Source: a virus (lineage: Duplodnaviria; Caudoviricetes). From it: a stretch of 25,170 nt of DNA. Below, one piece after another: positions 24,894-25,170 of the stretch. Within the stretch, counting starts at the first letter, position 1. Every line of letters starts with the position of its first letter. Both the position numbers and the translations under genes were made by a program. A model generated the notes under the pieces. That model was not told the DNA's origin. It ran no database searches and worked only from the letters and a program-made list of their open reading frames with translations. The DNA lies in IMG/VR virus record IMGVR_UViG_3300025381_000101, positions 1 through 25,170 of that record; one strand, written 5' to 3'.

Positions 24894-25170
24894 ATGCCAA
24901 CTATTGCTCTAGATATTTCTAGTGAAACAAATTCACTTGGAACTAATGTAAGATTGTCAAGCAAAGACAAAAAATTTAACGTAATTTTAGCAGAAAATCT
25001 AGAATTTGACCCGTTGCAAAATACCAAACCCGCCCTTAACAGCAGTTATTTTTTTCGAAGCCCAAATATCAAAAATTATGATTGGGCTGAAATGTTAAAC
25101 ACGCTCGGCAGAATGGATGAGGCTTTTACCCTTACTGCAGAGCTAGATCGACAGAAAGGTTATGAAGACG
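24894..25170 (+). CDS. Hypothetical protein, 3'-partial
   Basis: AGGAG SD, ATG 24894, frame open to the window end (MPTIALDISSETNSLG...). Confidence 0.65.
   Translation, partial: MPTIALDISSETNSLGTNVRLSSKDKKFNVILAENLEFDPLQNTKPALNSSYFFRSPNIKNYDWAEMLNTLGRMDEAFTLTAELDRQKGYED

Noticed and set aside
1-25170. Stop-codon reassignment as the explanation for the broken genes
   Set aside because: The breaks are TAA stops with frame changes, and conserved genes translate fully under the standard code.

Overview
A 25 kb segment of a large T4-like myovirus genome (standard genetic code, AT-rich, almost all genes on the + strand). The left half is a late/structural module: tail sheath (5'-partial), a four-gene insert with a SAM methyltransferase and a 2OG-Fe(II) hydroxylase, tail tube, a tube-fold paralog, gp4-like head-completion nuclease, probable small terminase, a Usg-family gene and the large terminase. 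The right half is a replication/recombination module: gp32 SSB, UvsX, UvsY, UvsW, a gp62-like clamp-loader subunit and a 206-aa mini DnaE-like polymerase. The main signal is that both uvsX and uvsW are fractured genes. Each is split into two ORFs carrying the N- and C-halves of a naturally split intein, with a free-standing endonuclease gene between the halves. The uvsX endonuclease is Vsr-like, intact, and has its Shine-Dalgarno locked in a perfect 19-bp hairpin with a late-promoter motif in the loop. The uvsW endonuclease is an unrelated NUMOD3 + TnsA/gp4-like PD-(D/E)XK protein broken by two +1 frameshifts. Trans-splicing would rebuild ISGG|SGFIYASS in UvsX and the DE|CH helicase motif II in UvsW. 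Other signals: an ATT-start gene with a possible degenerate Hint fold, a palindrome plus heptamer-repeat region upstream of uvsY (candidate origin), TAAATA late promoters with apparently leaderless genes, structured leaders, and a domain shared between the sheath and an opposite-strand structural gene. All family calls come from manual motif recognition; no searches were run.
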